Below, piece after piece: positions 51,738-64,000 of a DNA stretch of 64,000 bases. The notes below the pieces were generated by a model. It did no database searches. It was given only the letters and a program-made list of their open reading frames with translations, and was not told the origin of the DNA. The DNA is taken from contig NW_002060957.1 in the NCBI RefSeq assembly GCF_000150275.1, positions 722,170 through 786,169 on the forward strand, given 5' to 3'. The translations under genes and the position numbers were made by a program. Positions within the stretch are counted from its first letter, which is position 1. Each line of letters begins with the position of its first letter. The DNA comes from Trichoplax adhaerens (Eukaryota > Animalia > Placozoa).

Positions 51738-52823
51738 TATTAAAGCAAAGAAAGTAAATGATTTATGCAAGTCTGATTACTTGGCGTGTAGTAGTCCACG
51801 ATTATATTATAAAGATTGAGGATGGAATTGCACTGGAAATTTGGAAAATAAATTTATCAATTATATTATATTATACACTGACATCGGATTTTTGATACCA
51901 ATGTAAGATCTATCATACTTTGCTCCCATAGAATTTGTAACATTTTCTAATTCGGCATACTTTAATCCAATCTCATAGCAATAACAGACGAAATCCGTAT
52001 ATGTTATTCTGGACACATTTAAAATGGCTATTATAATCCAAATAAAGAGGCGTAATACTTTTAATCCATTTACAAATTCATAAAAAAATATTAAATCGAG
52101 ACTGTATTCTATAGTAAATACTCTACTGGAAAATTGTACAGACCTTAATTTGATCCCCGACTAAGACAAACTGTATGATTATATCTAGTTAAAATGCAAG
52201 ATATTTGCAAATACAGTACAGTGTATTGGTAATAAAGTAGTTTTATATCAATTCTTATCATGAAAAAAAGTTAATAATGAAAAAAGCTCTATCCAAATTT
52301 ACATTTCTTTATTGCATAGTAACATCATTTCTGCGTTTTTTATGTTAATCATATAACACTTGTCGACTAATTTCATTTACCAGTACAGTATATGGCAACG
52401 TATGTGACATGTAAGCGGCCGATTTATCTTAAGATGAACAGATTGTTGCATCACTACAAGTCTCTAGTAACCGTTCGTTGGCATCGTATTATAGTAAAAA
52501 TAAAATTAGCCATTAATACCATACTTAGATCGTTTTACATCTAATATGAATCTAGCCATAATTGATAGTCAATAATTAGAATGCAGAATCTAAATTATGT
52601 TTCATATTTACAAAAATTAAATCTATAAATGATATTTACAGAGTTAAGGTATATTCTAAATATTTACGTGGGTACTTTTTATTAGCATAGCGAGCTTGCC
52701 ATTAATTATTTTGATTTCGCAAAAATTATCATGGCAATTTATAGAATTTAAGTACATTTCGCTATTTCTGGTTGAAGAGGAGTGAAGGTCAACCAGCTAT
52801 GGATACATTTGACTCTCATTAAT

Positions 52824-55800
52824 TTAAGCTTTTACTTCTGATATTTCATCTTCTAGACTACGTACCGCAAGTACAGCTGATTTAATACTAAAATAAGCAA
52901 TCAAAACCATGGACAATATATGTGATGGGATGACAATTGCAGGAATTATCCAGCTTGCCAAATGAAGATTGGTATAGGAATAAGGTTGAACCAAATACGT
53001 AAAAAGTATCAAGCCTATGGTGTACAGCGATCCTATAGAGTTGCAAATATTTAAGGCAAAATATGGCCGATCCTATTTGAAACAGTTCCAAAAGGATTAG
53101 AATTTATGATAATCAATTGTTATATAGTTGAACAACGATATTCAATATCTTATAGTTCATTTAAGCTGTGCTAACCAAGATTTGTCCATCCACATAATGT
53201 TTATCAAGTCCAATCGTTGCTGTAGTAAAAGTCTAATCAATAGCAAATACGAGTAATTAGCAACATATTAGTCGAGACTACAACTGCTGCATTACTTCTA
53301 TTCAGTTTTTAACATACAGTAACAGCTATAAATAGAGTTGGGAAACCCCAAATTTCCTGGTTTAGTAGGCCTAAACTTAATATCCCAATACCACCGGTGA
53401 GCAATGCACTAGCTAGCATACAAATATTGTTAGAATCACTTCTAGGCGAGTATCTTATAGAATGATCAAAAATATCTCTAGGATAACGCGATGCTTTTGC
53501 TCCAATTAATGCTACAATTAATCCAATAATAGCAATGGCAGTGTAGAGAAGACGAAGGGTAGCAAATTGGTTGTCTTTCCACAGTAGATCTTTCTTATTG
53601 TTGTTAATATATGTCAGGGTTTGTAAAACAAATAGAATGGAAGTGATACAAATTCCAGATGTAATGGTAGCTATTACCTTGTACCAGGCATCCTATTCAA
53701 TTAACAAGTGGAGCATTAACTCGATGATAATTTACGATCACATGATTTCGTAATATACTCAAATGTAACTGCCAAGTGCTACGATAAAAATATGAGAGCA
53801 TGCAACGTTCAGTTATTCCATTAACTATGGTATAACATCTTACTTTAGCACGTTTACTCTTTAATATTATATAAATGTGAGGTATTACTAAAGCGCAATC
53901 TATAACTCACATAACACACCAAAAGTAGAGACACACTGAGAGAGAGAGAATCATTACTAGAGCTATATTCGACAAGCTATAGTTAAAAAGAATTTTTAGT
54001 CTGATTTTAAAAAAAATTGTTAGAAGCGATATACTAACCAATTCGGCAACATTTTTTTGATATGAGATTATTCCAATCACTCCGTTCGATAATAGCTAAA
54101 AAAAAGGATGAAATAGTCTTACGATCGATTGGCTGGCTTGGCAGTTAAACTGACTAGCTCCAATTCTCAACAGATCTTAATCTCGTATCATTTTGGTTCG
54201 CTTGGTAGTTGAACCTTGGTAGTTACAATATTTGTAAGATCTACAGCATGTTATTAGTTATTGTAGTTATCATATTTGATTATAGCTTTTGCTAGGAAAT
54301 AAAATAATTTAATACATGGGGCTTACTGATGTAGCGTATCAAACCCTAGCAGAATGATCATGAAGCCTATTAGATCTAACTCAAAAATCATATTTTTAGT
54401 TTGATATCGATGTAGATCATTAGAACTACTAGTAAAAATTTAAAAGACGGAATCTGAGACCTAACTAAGCCAGCGTCAAAGCACTCTTTCAAAGATCTTT
54501 ACAGCTCCATTTGAAATGGTCATAACTGCTGGTTAGATACATATCAACAACAAAGATTGATGACAAATATTACTACCAGGACCTTACCATTATCGAGAAT
54601 TTAAAGTGCTGGCAAAATAATCAAATTAAGATGAAAGTGATTAATCCTAACTACACCTTATATTAGCTAAGCTGCTAGGCTGAAGCAAAGAAATGAAAAC
54701 AGATTCCTTCAGATAACTAAGAATATGATCAAAGACCTTGCTAACATAATTAATTACAACTATTACATGGTATTAAAATTAAAATTATCAAAACTGATAG
54801 CCTTATCTAGCTAAAATACTATGAAAGTAATATTTGACAGATACGTATTTCATAGCTGCCCTCAAAAAGTTACAACAGCTAATAAGAAATAAAATCTGAT
54901 TATTAATTTCATTTGGAAGTGAGAATGACCATAAATATAACTATTATTGCTACGAGATAATGCTAATGGTCACTTTAATACGACTTTTACGTTATACAAG
55001 ACGACTATAATTAGGATTCTCAAAATTGCATACCATAACTGCGCTAAAATTAGTTGCTGCAACTCCATAATTTTGGTGAGATCGGATATTCAGTACTATA
55101 CCAATGCTAAACATCGCAATGCCGATCAAAATCATGACGATCGACAGTACTGGTTTATTAAAAATGGATATGGTCATATATGATGTACTTGGATCTGGAA
55201 CTATTCGCTTGGCCAGGTTAACCACGACAATGAAAGAGATTATACCGATAATTGCAGTGCTGATAATTAAGATTATGATAGGAACTGAGAAAGCAGAAAG
55301 TCTATAATCGAGTCCCATGACTACTTGTCGGGCTACATAAGTAGGACATGACACAATAGAGACTACTCCAAACGTTACTATGGCAGATGCCTGTAATTTA
55401 ATTTGCGTATAAAAAAAAATGAGCGAATAAAATATTCAATCCTAAGTATATCATTTACTTATCATTATTAAGGCATAGTAAGAGCTAAAACTTACCTGAG
55501 ATGGTGAAATACTTGAAAACTGGCTTAACTTTACGACAAAGAGGGAATTCGCTAGAGCCTAAAATAAAACGTTCATCTATGACTCATATCCTATAAATCA
55601 CATTGTTATGAATTATAAACCGAAAATATTTTCACCCTGCAAATCATCTTGATAGATCTGATATTACTGATTTTAATGCATAAACTCTTCTCGCTTAAAT
55701 CTGTTTAACCTAAGCCCATTTCTATTATCATACACTATAATAAAGTCACTGATTGAGTGAGCTTATCAAAGTAAAATTGATCAGATCATCTAAATTTATT

Positions 55801-56427
55801 ACCACAACCAAAGCTGATCGTGAGATCTTTAGTTGCGACTGGCAATATCTTTTATCAATTAAGCATCTTAGAAGGAACAAATTCGATAAAAGTAACTTTA
55901 CAAAATCTTTCTTTCTCCAATTAACTCGGTCATAAATAGCGAATATTTTAATGCACTACAATAATTACTCAAAGTTAGGAAGGAGCTAATAGAAACAAAT
56001 TTCAATAATTTTTGCCTAGATTTTCATTGTAAGCCTAAGTGAAGTGTTTCGTCTTTAACTGTAAATTATATTGTTCTTGATCAGTTAATCAATATCACAA
56101 TTTCTTAATTTGATCGAATTCTATCGGAATAGTAATTGCATTTAAGCTAAATTTATCTTATCTTAAAACTGCATCCACCCAACTTAGTGGCTTGTAGGTG
56201 TGAAAAGGTAAACCGTTAACGAACGACTGTACTGTTTTAATCTACAGTATAATATTTGAAATAGCAATACTTACGAAAAATCCCATAAGAGAAGGATCAA
56301 CCAGAGTAGCACTCAAGTTTATACGGTCTAACTTTTAAGTATTTCCAGCAAAAATAATAATACCACTAGCTAAACTAGATAAAGCAAATACAATCAGAAG
56401 ATAACCATAAATCTTTCCTGAACGCAT
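52824..56427 (-). pseudogene. Copy C: full 7-exon triple-module paralog with one in-frame TAA at codon 31
   Basis: Exons 56427-56275, 55558-55496 (63 nt), 55390-55034, 54095-54039 (57 nt), 53692-53318, 53232-53176 (57 nt), 53072-52824; same phase-0 architecture as copy A. TAA at 56337-56335, and the frame continues to LVDPSLMGFF|GT. It could be a functional gene with a base error or a null allele. Confidence 0.7.
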
Positions 56428-57414
56428 AGCTGGATTGAAGTTAATTCAATGGGATACGGTAAAACTAAGTCGATAATTATGAGCAGGGAAATGAAATAGA
56501 ACGAGAGATTATAGCTGGCAAAATAATTGATGACGCGGGCAGATCCATAAAATAGTTGGCTATGACATCATTTCTTTGCGATCTTATTGGTCAGCATTGT
56601 TGATGTTCTAAATTGATTACAATAGGTAACATGATGGCGGACAATAGCTTCATTGGTACTCAAGCCAGAACCCTATCATCTGCAAATATCATGACCAGTA
56701 CAGTACTACGTGCAAATCAAGAATAATCTAATTTAATAGCCGTGTATACCTATACATTTATAATCGTTTCAGTTCTTAGAATACTTATCAATTTCTCAGG
56801 TACAATTGTCTGTTTATCTCGGATATTATCATTTGATATATACGGCATTCGCTATCAATGTTATAGTCTAGCATAAAAATGAGTTGTGTTGTGCACTTGT
56901 GAGCTCCACCACAGTCGTTGTATCTCAAGCTCTGCTAGCTTAGTAATCCATCGATATCAAGTTGAGCAGCAACAATCTACAGTTACTTGCAATTTATGGA
57001 GTGTTTTAACTAATTATATTAATCGCATGTTTGAAATTATTACTATACTATACAAGTAATACCATGCTTTCTGTAGTGTATTTAGAATATACTGTAACTA
57101 TATTCTACTCTTAAATATAGACATGTTCTATTGATCTTATATTTAGATATATCTACAGTCTGTTCGCTCTACATTCAAATATGGCTTACTACATTTAGTT
57201 ATTACAGTCCTCGCTATTTTCTACAATCATCTCCTATTCTATAACTTGTTATGGTATATGTTGTATCTAATCCTACAATCATGTTCTCTGCATGTGTTCT
57301 AATGCCATAGCTATAAATACTGCCATTTTCTACCTTAGATTTCTTAAGTTGCATTATTAGTCACAGTTAGTATTCACACTTTACTCACGGCAGCTACCAC
57401 GCAGACCTACCGTA

Positions 57415-57535
57415 ATTATCACACTGTACCTAACTACAATCTACAATAAAGTATCCTCTTTTCTTATGCTCCTTGTATAATTCTCTGCATGGCGACTAAA
57501 ACCACATTATCTGACTCTTCGAACCCTCCATCGCA
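57415..57535 (+). repeat. Dispersed ~120-bp element with a second copy at ~50960-51085
   Basis: ctacaataaag.at...atggcgactaaa.c.ca...tctga...tcgaaccctccatc present at both sites. Confidence 0.7.
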
Positions 57536-59964
57536 CTTTCAAATCTCGTAGCTAGTGTAATCAACTAAAGTTTTTACAATTATAGTTACATTGTAGAATT
57601 TTGTACTTTCCCATAGCTTTCGGACTTCTTATATTACGGTAGAAAGTGGTAAAGAACTGCATTATGCAGATTCTGGTGTAACTGCAGGTAACTACTTTAG
57701 TCTATCTAGTTTTCACCGTTTAATACGAGTATTATCATACTTTCAAATTCCATAACGTCAGCAGTAATTAATCGAAGCCTCTACAGTTACACTGTAGATT
57801 TCACAACTTATCTATTTTATTTCATTATAGCTATTAAACTTGATATATTACGTCCTTGCTGTAAATACTAAAAGTTTGCCATTATCAGGAGAATCAGTAA
57901 CTATCACTAGTTTCTTAGACAAAACTAAACCTAAGTTTTATCAAAGTATCAGTCAATTCATAGCAACTATACATAAAACCATTCATTATAAATATTAATA
58001 CCTTAATAGTATTGTAAAACTGTGTACTTATTCATAAAAATGTAAAACATTATGGATCTCGGTATTCTCAAAAAATACCAAAGTATACGTTTTATTTATT
58101 AGAGAATAAGATAAGCGTTCATTAGTAATAGTCACTGGATGATTATCCTTTTACGCTATAATCTCTTACTTTAGTTATTTGAATGCATTGAATGATAAAA
58201 ATGCCCTTTAATAATTACATGAATGTAGCCAGTCTAAGGATTACCATCTATCCGATGCAAGAAGTTATACAGTAAGTGTAGGGCCTCTTGCACTTGTTAA
58301 TAATACAATATTGATAATTTAGCGTAATATAGGTTACTGTAGCCAGTTCAATTATTACAACTTATCAATTTTCATAAATTCGCATCAAATATGGAAGACT
58401 ACCCGGACCTTTAACCCCAAATTAAGTAGATGCTCGCATAGAAGATTGTACATTTTATAGTATTTATAAACATGATCGAATATCACACATGACTTTCAAT
58501 GGGCGTACAGTAACTAATATCAAAATCGTTACATTATTTTGTAAGTTTAAATGAATAGTAAACGAGAAAGTTGCTTGATGCTACGGGGTATTTAACCAAC
58601 CATGCCACTTGTAACTAAAGCAGTCATTGATTGCTCCCTTAGTAACTTTAAAAATTTTCTGTTACTCCTACATCTAAACTGGGGTTTAGCGTAAGGGAGA
58701 TAAGGGAAGATAACAGAAATCTAATTACAGGAAATGTTTACTCAAATGCCTCTATCATGTTTACTTTTTAATTTAAATATTCTTTGTTTAAGCTGCAGTA
58801 ATAAAATTGAGAAAGGGGTAGATCTTGAATTTTCTACCCAGGCTAAATTAAAGTAAACAGCTTGCCATTGACTAATGAAGTATGAAATATTACGAGAAGT
58901 TACCTCTATTAAATTTTTCTGTAAACCTTTGATGTTCAATTTAAAACAGGAAACTATGTACTGTACGATGTGATATTAGCAATAAATGCTGCATGCATCA
59001 GTTATAACATTCAGTTATCACTTGTCATAAATGATTAGATCAATTTCGTAAGAGAAGCTATAGTATAAAATACAGCATATTCCGTGAGCATGAATCATAT
59101 ACCAAATAAGTAACACAGTTATAAGTACTTTGCAAAATTGTATTTTATTGAAAATGCGTAGGCTTTCATGGATAAAAAATAAACTAGTATGATACTTCTT
59201 ATACTTGAAATGATATTGCAAATTTTCAACATCATCACTGATGTAAATCCTGCAAATATATTCTTATAGCTACTTAAGCTGATTGACATAGTTGATGGGG
59301 ACATAATACATCAAATATGCTTTCAGTTTTAATTTCAGTTTAGTTTGTAATTAGATTATTCCGTTATCAATGACTACAAGTATCAAATCTTCTCAACTAC
59401 TCTGGAAGCCTAAACGCTGATTGCCTTTCCAATTTAGTTCACTAGCAGCTACCACTGTTATCCAACTGAAAGCAAACAGATCGCTGCTTATATCTAAACA
59501 ATTTACAAATAATAAGAACATCATTTTAAAAATCGTAAAACAATATTGTGCATTATTACGTTGGATTTAAACGATTTAGATAAAGGAACTCAATGTGGAG
59601 CTCAATTAATATTTTGCAATTTTCGTAGCTAGGAAGATTTTTCTAAAATTTCTTGTTAGATAAATTCTCTTGATATAAGTTTAAAGGCTAGAATTATAGA
59701 CTGTAACTATGTTTTATCTTGTAATAGAGCAAAGTTAAGACGCTTTACATCTGTAAGGCAAACACTCTTTGTTTTTGTAGATTTAGGTCTAAGAAGTAAT
59801 TAAGTATAAAATTCACTTTTTGATGTGAACTAAGTAAGCTAACGCCGCTTGTAGTCTTTACTTCTAAATACGGTATAGCCTATTCTTAGCAAAAAGTAAA
59901 TTTCTACTAGACCGTAGCTTAACTCCTTATTTGTGTAATCTATATTTAATGATTCACCCTCGGT

Positions 59965-61200
59965 GTGAATAATAGAATATATAAAATTCAATCAGCTTTT
60001 AATTCTGTATATAAAGGTTATCATATTGTAAAGTTTAATACATTAGGCATACGGTAATATTACAGTATTCGATAGTCATAATATTCAAGATATCACAATA
60101 AAGTAAGAAATTTAACTTTGCAAATATCAAGAAAACAAATCGCATATTCTTATAAAACTATTTGAAACTTACACGCTGTAAAAGAAGTAATTGTTGCAGC
60201 CATAGTGTCAGCATCATACAGTGTAAATAATAGAAATTGTAAAATTCAATCAGTTTTTAGCTCTGTATATAAAAGTTATCTTATCGTAAAGTTTAATACA
60301 TCAAGATAGCACAATAAAGTAAAAAATTATTTAACTTTGCAAATATCAAGAAAATAAATCGCATATTCTTATAAAACTGTTTGAAACTTACGCGCTGTAA
60401 TAGAAGTTATCGTCGCAGTCACAGTGTCAGCATCATACAGCGTAAATAATAGAAAATGTAAAATTCAATCAGTTCTTAGCTCTGTATATAAAAGTTATCT
60501 TATCGTAACGTTTAACACATCATACATAGTACGATATTATAGTATTTGACAGTTCATGATATGCGAAGCACATAGATAATACGAAATTCTAACTATTAAT
60601 TTATCATGAAAATAAAATATACGAGTATATGATTGTTCTAGACTTATCAGCTGAAATCGGTGTTATCGTTAGAGCAGTAACGTTAAGATTGTGCAGTACA
60701 CAAAATGGAAAATACATAATAAAATCAGTTCTTAGTTCTGTATTTAAAGGTTATCTTATCGCAAATTTGATTTATCACACATAATACGATATATGGTATT
60801 CGATAGTTTGTAATGTCTGAGATAATGAGATAATGTATAAAATTTGACTATCAAATTATCAAGAAAACAAAATCATACATGATTACTTGCGACTCGCCCA
60901 CTGAAGTTGACGTAATTATCAGAGCCATAATATTGACATATTACAATGTGAGTGATAGAAAATATATCATTAAGTTAGTTCTTAATTCTGTATTTAAAAG
61001 TCATCTTATAGCAAAGTCGATTTGTCATGCTCATTACGATATTATAGTATTTGATATTTCATAATATCCGAGATATCGAGATAAGATAAATAAAATTTAA
61101 CTAATAAATTATCATGAAAGTAAAGTCACATACGCATGTTTAAAACTTACCACCTGAAACGCAAGTTTCGTTTTAAACCACGATGTTCGCGTCACAAAAT
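59965..61200 (+). repeat. Tandem array of about five ~220-260-bp AT-rich units
   Basis: Anchor aatcag.t.tta..tctgtat.taaa.gttatc.tat at ~59990, 60248, 60467, 60723 and ~60975. The left units are highly similar and the right units more diverged. Confidence 0.85.
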
Positions 61201-64000
61201 GTAAATAAAAGAGCAAATTACTCATATTAGTGAAGCTTATTGTTAGTTAACATATCATAACGAATATCTCAAAGTAGTAAGCAAGAATTAGTATTTCTTG
61301 CAAAGTTCAGTCCATCAAATAAACTTGATTCTTCGAGTAATAGTAAGGACTATCTGTCTTCAGTCTGTAACTGTTTAACTTATTACAGCAAGGTAGCAGA
61401 ACAGTACTTAGTAAAGAAAAATTCCCCATCTAGCTATGGCATTATCTAAATATAGAAGTATCGTAATACTAGGATCACTGGTTTATGTATAACAGCGATT
61501 ATAGATAGCATGATAAGATTAATATACCATATATTGAACTAGCGTACAGTACTTTAACTACGATAATATTCGCATCAACGATACTAGATACTAACGCCTT
61601 TTGAACTAAATGTTTCTTATAGTAATCTAGATTAATACTGTGGATTAATTCACTCATTTTCTACCGATAAATAATTAAAAGTAAACTTATACTTTATAGT
61701 AAATTAAATCGAATTACTAAAGTTTCATCTATGAAAAAATGCTATATCGTTCTATATCATTGTATTAGAAATTATTACGAAGAAGTTTGAATGCTATTGT
61801 ATCTAAATTTTCAAATTTATAATATAACTGTAGCGTAAGTTTACTTAGAATGTGACTCTTACTCGAATATCTTTAATGTGGCACAATATCTCATGAAGTT
61901 AATATGTAATTATCGTCGAATAATATGAAGTCAATGTATTTAATAATGTATCACACAGGAGTTATCCGACTACATAAAATGGCAATCGAAACTATCTTTT
62001 GCATTCAAATATTACATATGATTGAATATTGCCGAGGACAGCATAACTGAGTAAAAGAAATACGATGCTACACTAATAATGTGACTTTAGTGACCGATAA
62101 TATGTAGAGTTCTATTTGCAATATATCTATCAGATAGATACTTAGCTATCTTTCAGTGTACCTAGATATAAGATCTATGACTTACTTATTATACTAAACA
62201 AAAGAGATTAAAAAATAATAAGCACTGTTGCTTAAGTATTAATAGGTTTCTTCAATATTTTATTTATGACAGCTATCTAATTTAATTTCTAACCAATTTC
62301 TTCTCTAGAACATTCAAATTTTCCTACGAATTTGGCCAAGTTGTTTTAAAGTGCATGAAATTAGAAAAAAGTATGATAAATTGTCAAAAATTCTACAATT
62401 ATAAGCTCAAATAGTTACTGTTGGAGTATTTAAAGTATCCTTTGTTTAACTATCCAAAATCATCTATACAATACTACATACAATACTATAAAATATTCTT
62501 ACAGGGCAATCTATTTTAAAACACGAGTAAAAGTATCTACTGTAACATATTATACGATAACTAAAATTACATATGATAAACATGGCAGCAGGCTATTATT
62601 AAAGATATAGCGAAGCATAAATGCGTGCAATACAAAGTAAATATTACAAATCGTCTCTTACGATATTAGCTTACAAAGAGAAGATCAACGATTTTAAATG
62701 ATTTTTGTACATTATACGGCCAATTATTTTAGATTAAGTATTCCGACAAATTTTGATGCCAACTGTATTTAGTACTAGCGGAATCCGTGTACTATATTGT
62801 GTGAACGATCGCATTTAAGCTCTAACTATATAATTTATATTAAGCGTTTAAAATGCGGATCCAAATTGGGTCTAGTAATATTTATGTCTAAAGTTTATTG
62901 GGCATATTACTTGATATCCACTTACATCTGAAGTTATAATGTATTAAGTTTAAGCTACGTTGGCCATCATGAATAGTACCCGAGCGTGATTATAATTCGT
63001 CTAAGCATAGTAAGTTGTGAATTATATCACTGATAGCGTTTATATATAGTAATAGAGATTAGTTGGCACTTCTATCACTTTTTATAAGAGAAACTAAGCA
63101 AGAATAGATCGAATAATATATTGTAAAAACTACAAGTAACTATATTATATTCTAATTATCTAGAACTAATAATCGCTTTGTTTACAGAAAATATCAATAT
63201 TTATAAATATCGTTGTATTAATGACACTATAGCTATTATAGAAGAGTAATATATATATATATATAATATAAACTCGGTATAATAGAATGTACGAGCGATT
63301 TGCGCTTATATTAAATATCTGATAGTATTCCAGCCTATCTAACTTTGGCAAGAAACTTAGTCTATTAAATAGCGTAGTTTACTGTAATATATTACACTAA
63401 AGCGCTAGTAGACTGTAGCTAATGATAAAATGACTTATCTCACTCTATTATTTGTTCTAAATAATACTCTAAGATCGAGACTGACAGCCCTAATCGGCAC
63501 TTAGTAATTTCACATACTGTATTAAACTGCGAATTCTAAGACTACATTAATCACACAAAAACCCGGATCTAAGTGTATTTGTAATACGTATAATGTTTTA
63601 TGTAAAATTCAGATTTATCTCTTACCGAACTATCCAAGGACTTTGTCTAGTTATCCATAAAATAGGTCACGATAGTATTATAAAAGTGAAAAAAATTTAT
63701 ACAGTTATCTTTTTAGAAAAACTAAGAGTGCTTTAGTTATCTCAATGTATAGAGCATATCGATGTACAAATAATTATACTATAATTTATGTAAGGTGCGC
63801 TATAAAATATATAATATATTACACATTTCGTCTACACTATCTCTGCAAGAACTTTATTACTTCATGTCCATATTGGTAAATAATCACTACAGCATAAAGC
63901 TCACTTTTTGATAAGAGCTAAGTATACTGATACTGCCACTTACAGTTATCGTAGGTTACTATGTGTTTTACGCATGCTGCATAATAAAGTCTGTAAATAA

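Noticed and set aside
51329-55307. Plus-strand ORFs overlapping the membrane-protein exons (51329, 53571, 54947, 55104; also 15232 in INTS3)
   Set aside because: They are antisense shadows of real minus-strand exons.
59018-59304. Possible degenerate GPCR TM3-TM4 fragment (CKVLITVLLIW)
   Set aside because: Requires a frameshift, lacks a DRY-type motif, and hydrophobic ORFs arise readily from AT-rich DNA.

Overview
AT-rich, intron-dense eukaryotic DNA from a compact animal genome. The short GT-AG introns, composition and gene set suggest a placozoan such as Trichoplax, but this is an inference. The ORF track mostly shows exon fragments, so genes were spliced by hand. Left to right: (1) an intronless ~334-aa orphan ORF (1730-2734) with an HxTH / SPAF..RYG motif pattern suggestive of an ADP-ribosyltransferase-like fold; (2) a Rit/Rin GTPase (+, 7015-10054); (3) INTS3 (-, ~30 exons, 12534-20124); (4) cyclin Y (-, 11 exons, 23121-30375); (5) DNAJC7 (+, 15 exons, 33032-38001), head-to-head with cyclin Y. 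The upstream regions of INTS3, CCNY and DNAJC7 are dense in CAGTACTG/TACAGT-type motifs and carry short repeat families. From 40.5 to 56.5 kb is the most novel feature: a minus-strand tandem array of a ~440-aa, ~12-TM protein built from three concatenated four-helix modules. Its motifs and repeated phase-0 57-nt mini-exons resemble the MS4A/CD20 family. One copy is intact, one has a single in-frame TAA, and there are two fragments, one next to a 50-N assembly gap. The last ~7 kb is gene-poor with degenerate tandem repeats. No tRNA, rRNA, CRISPR or transposase was supportable.
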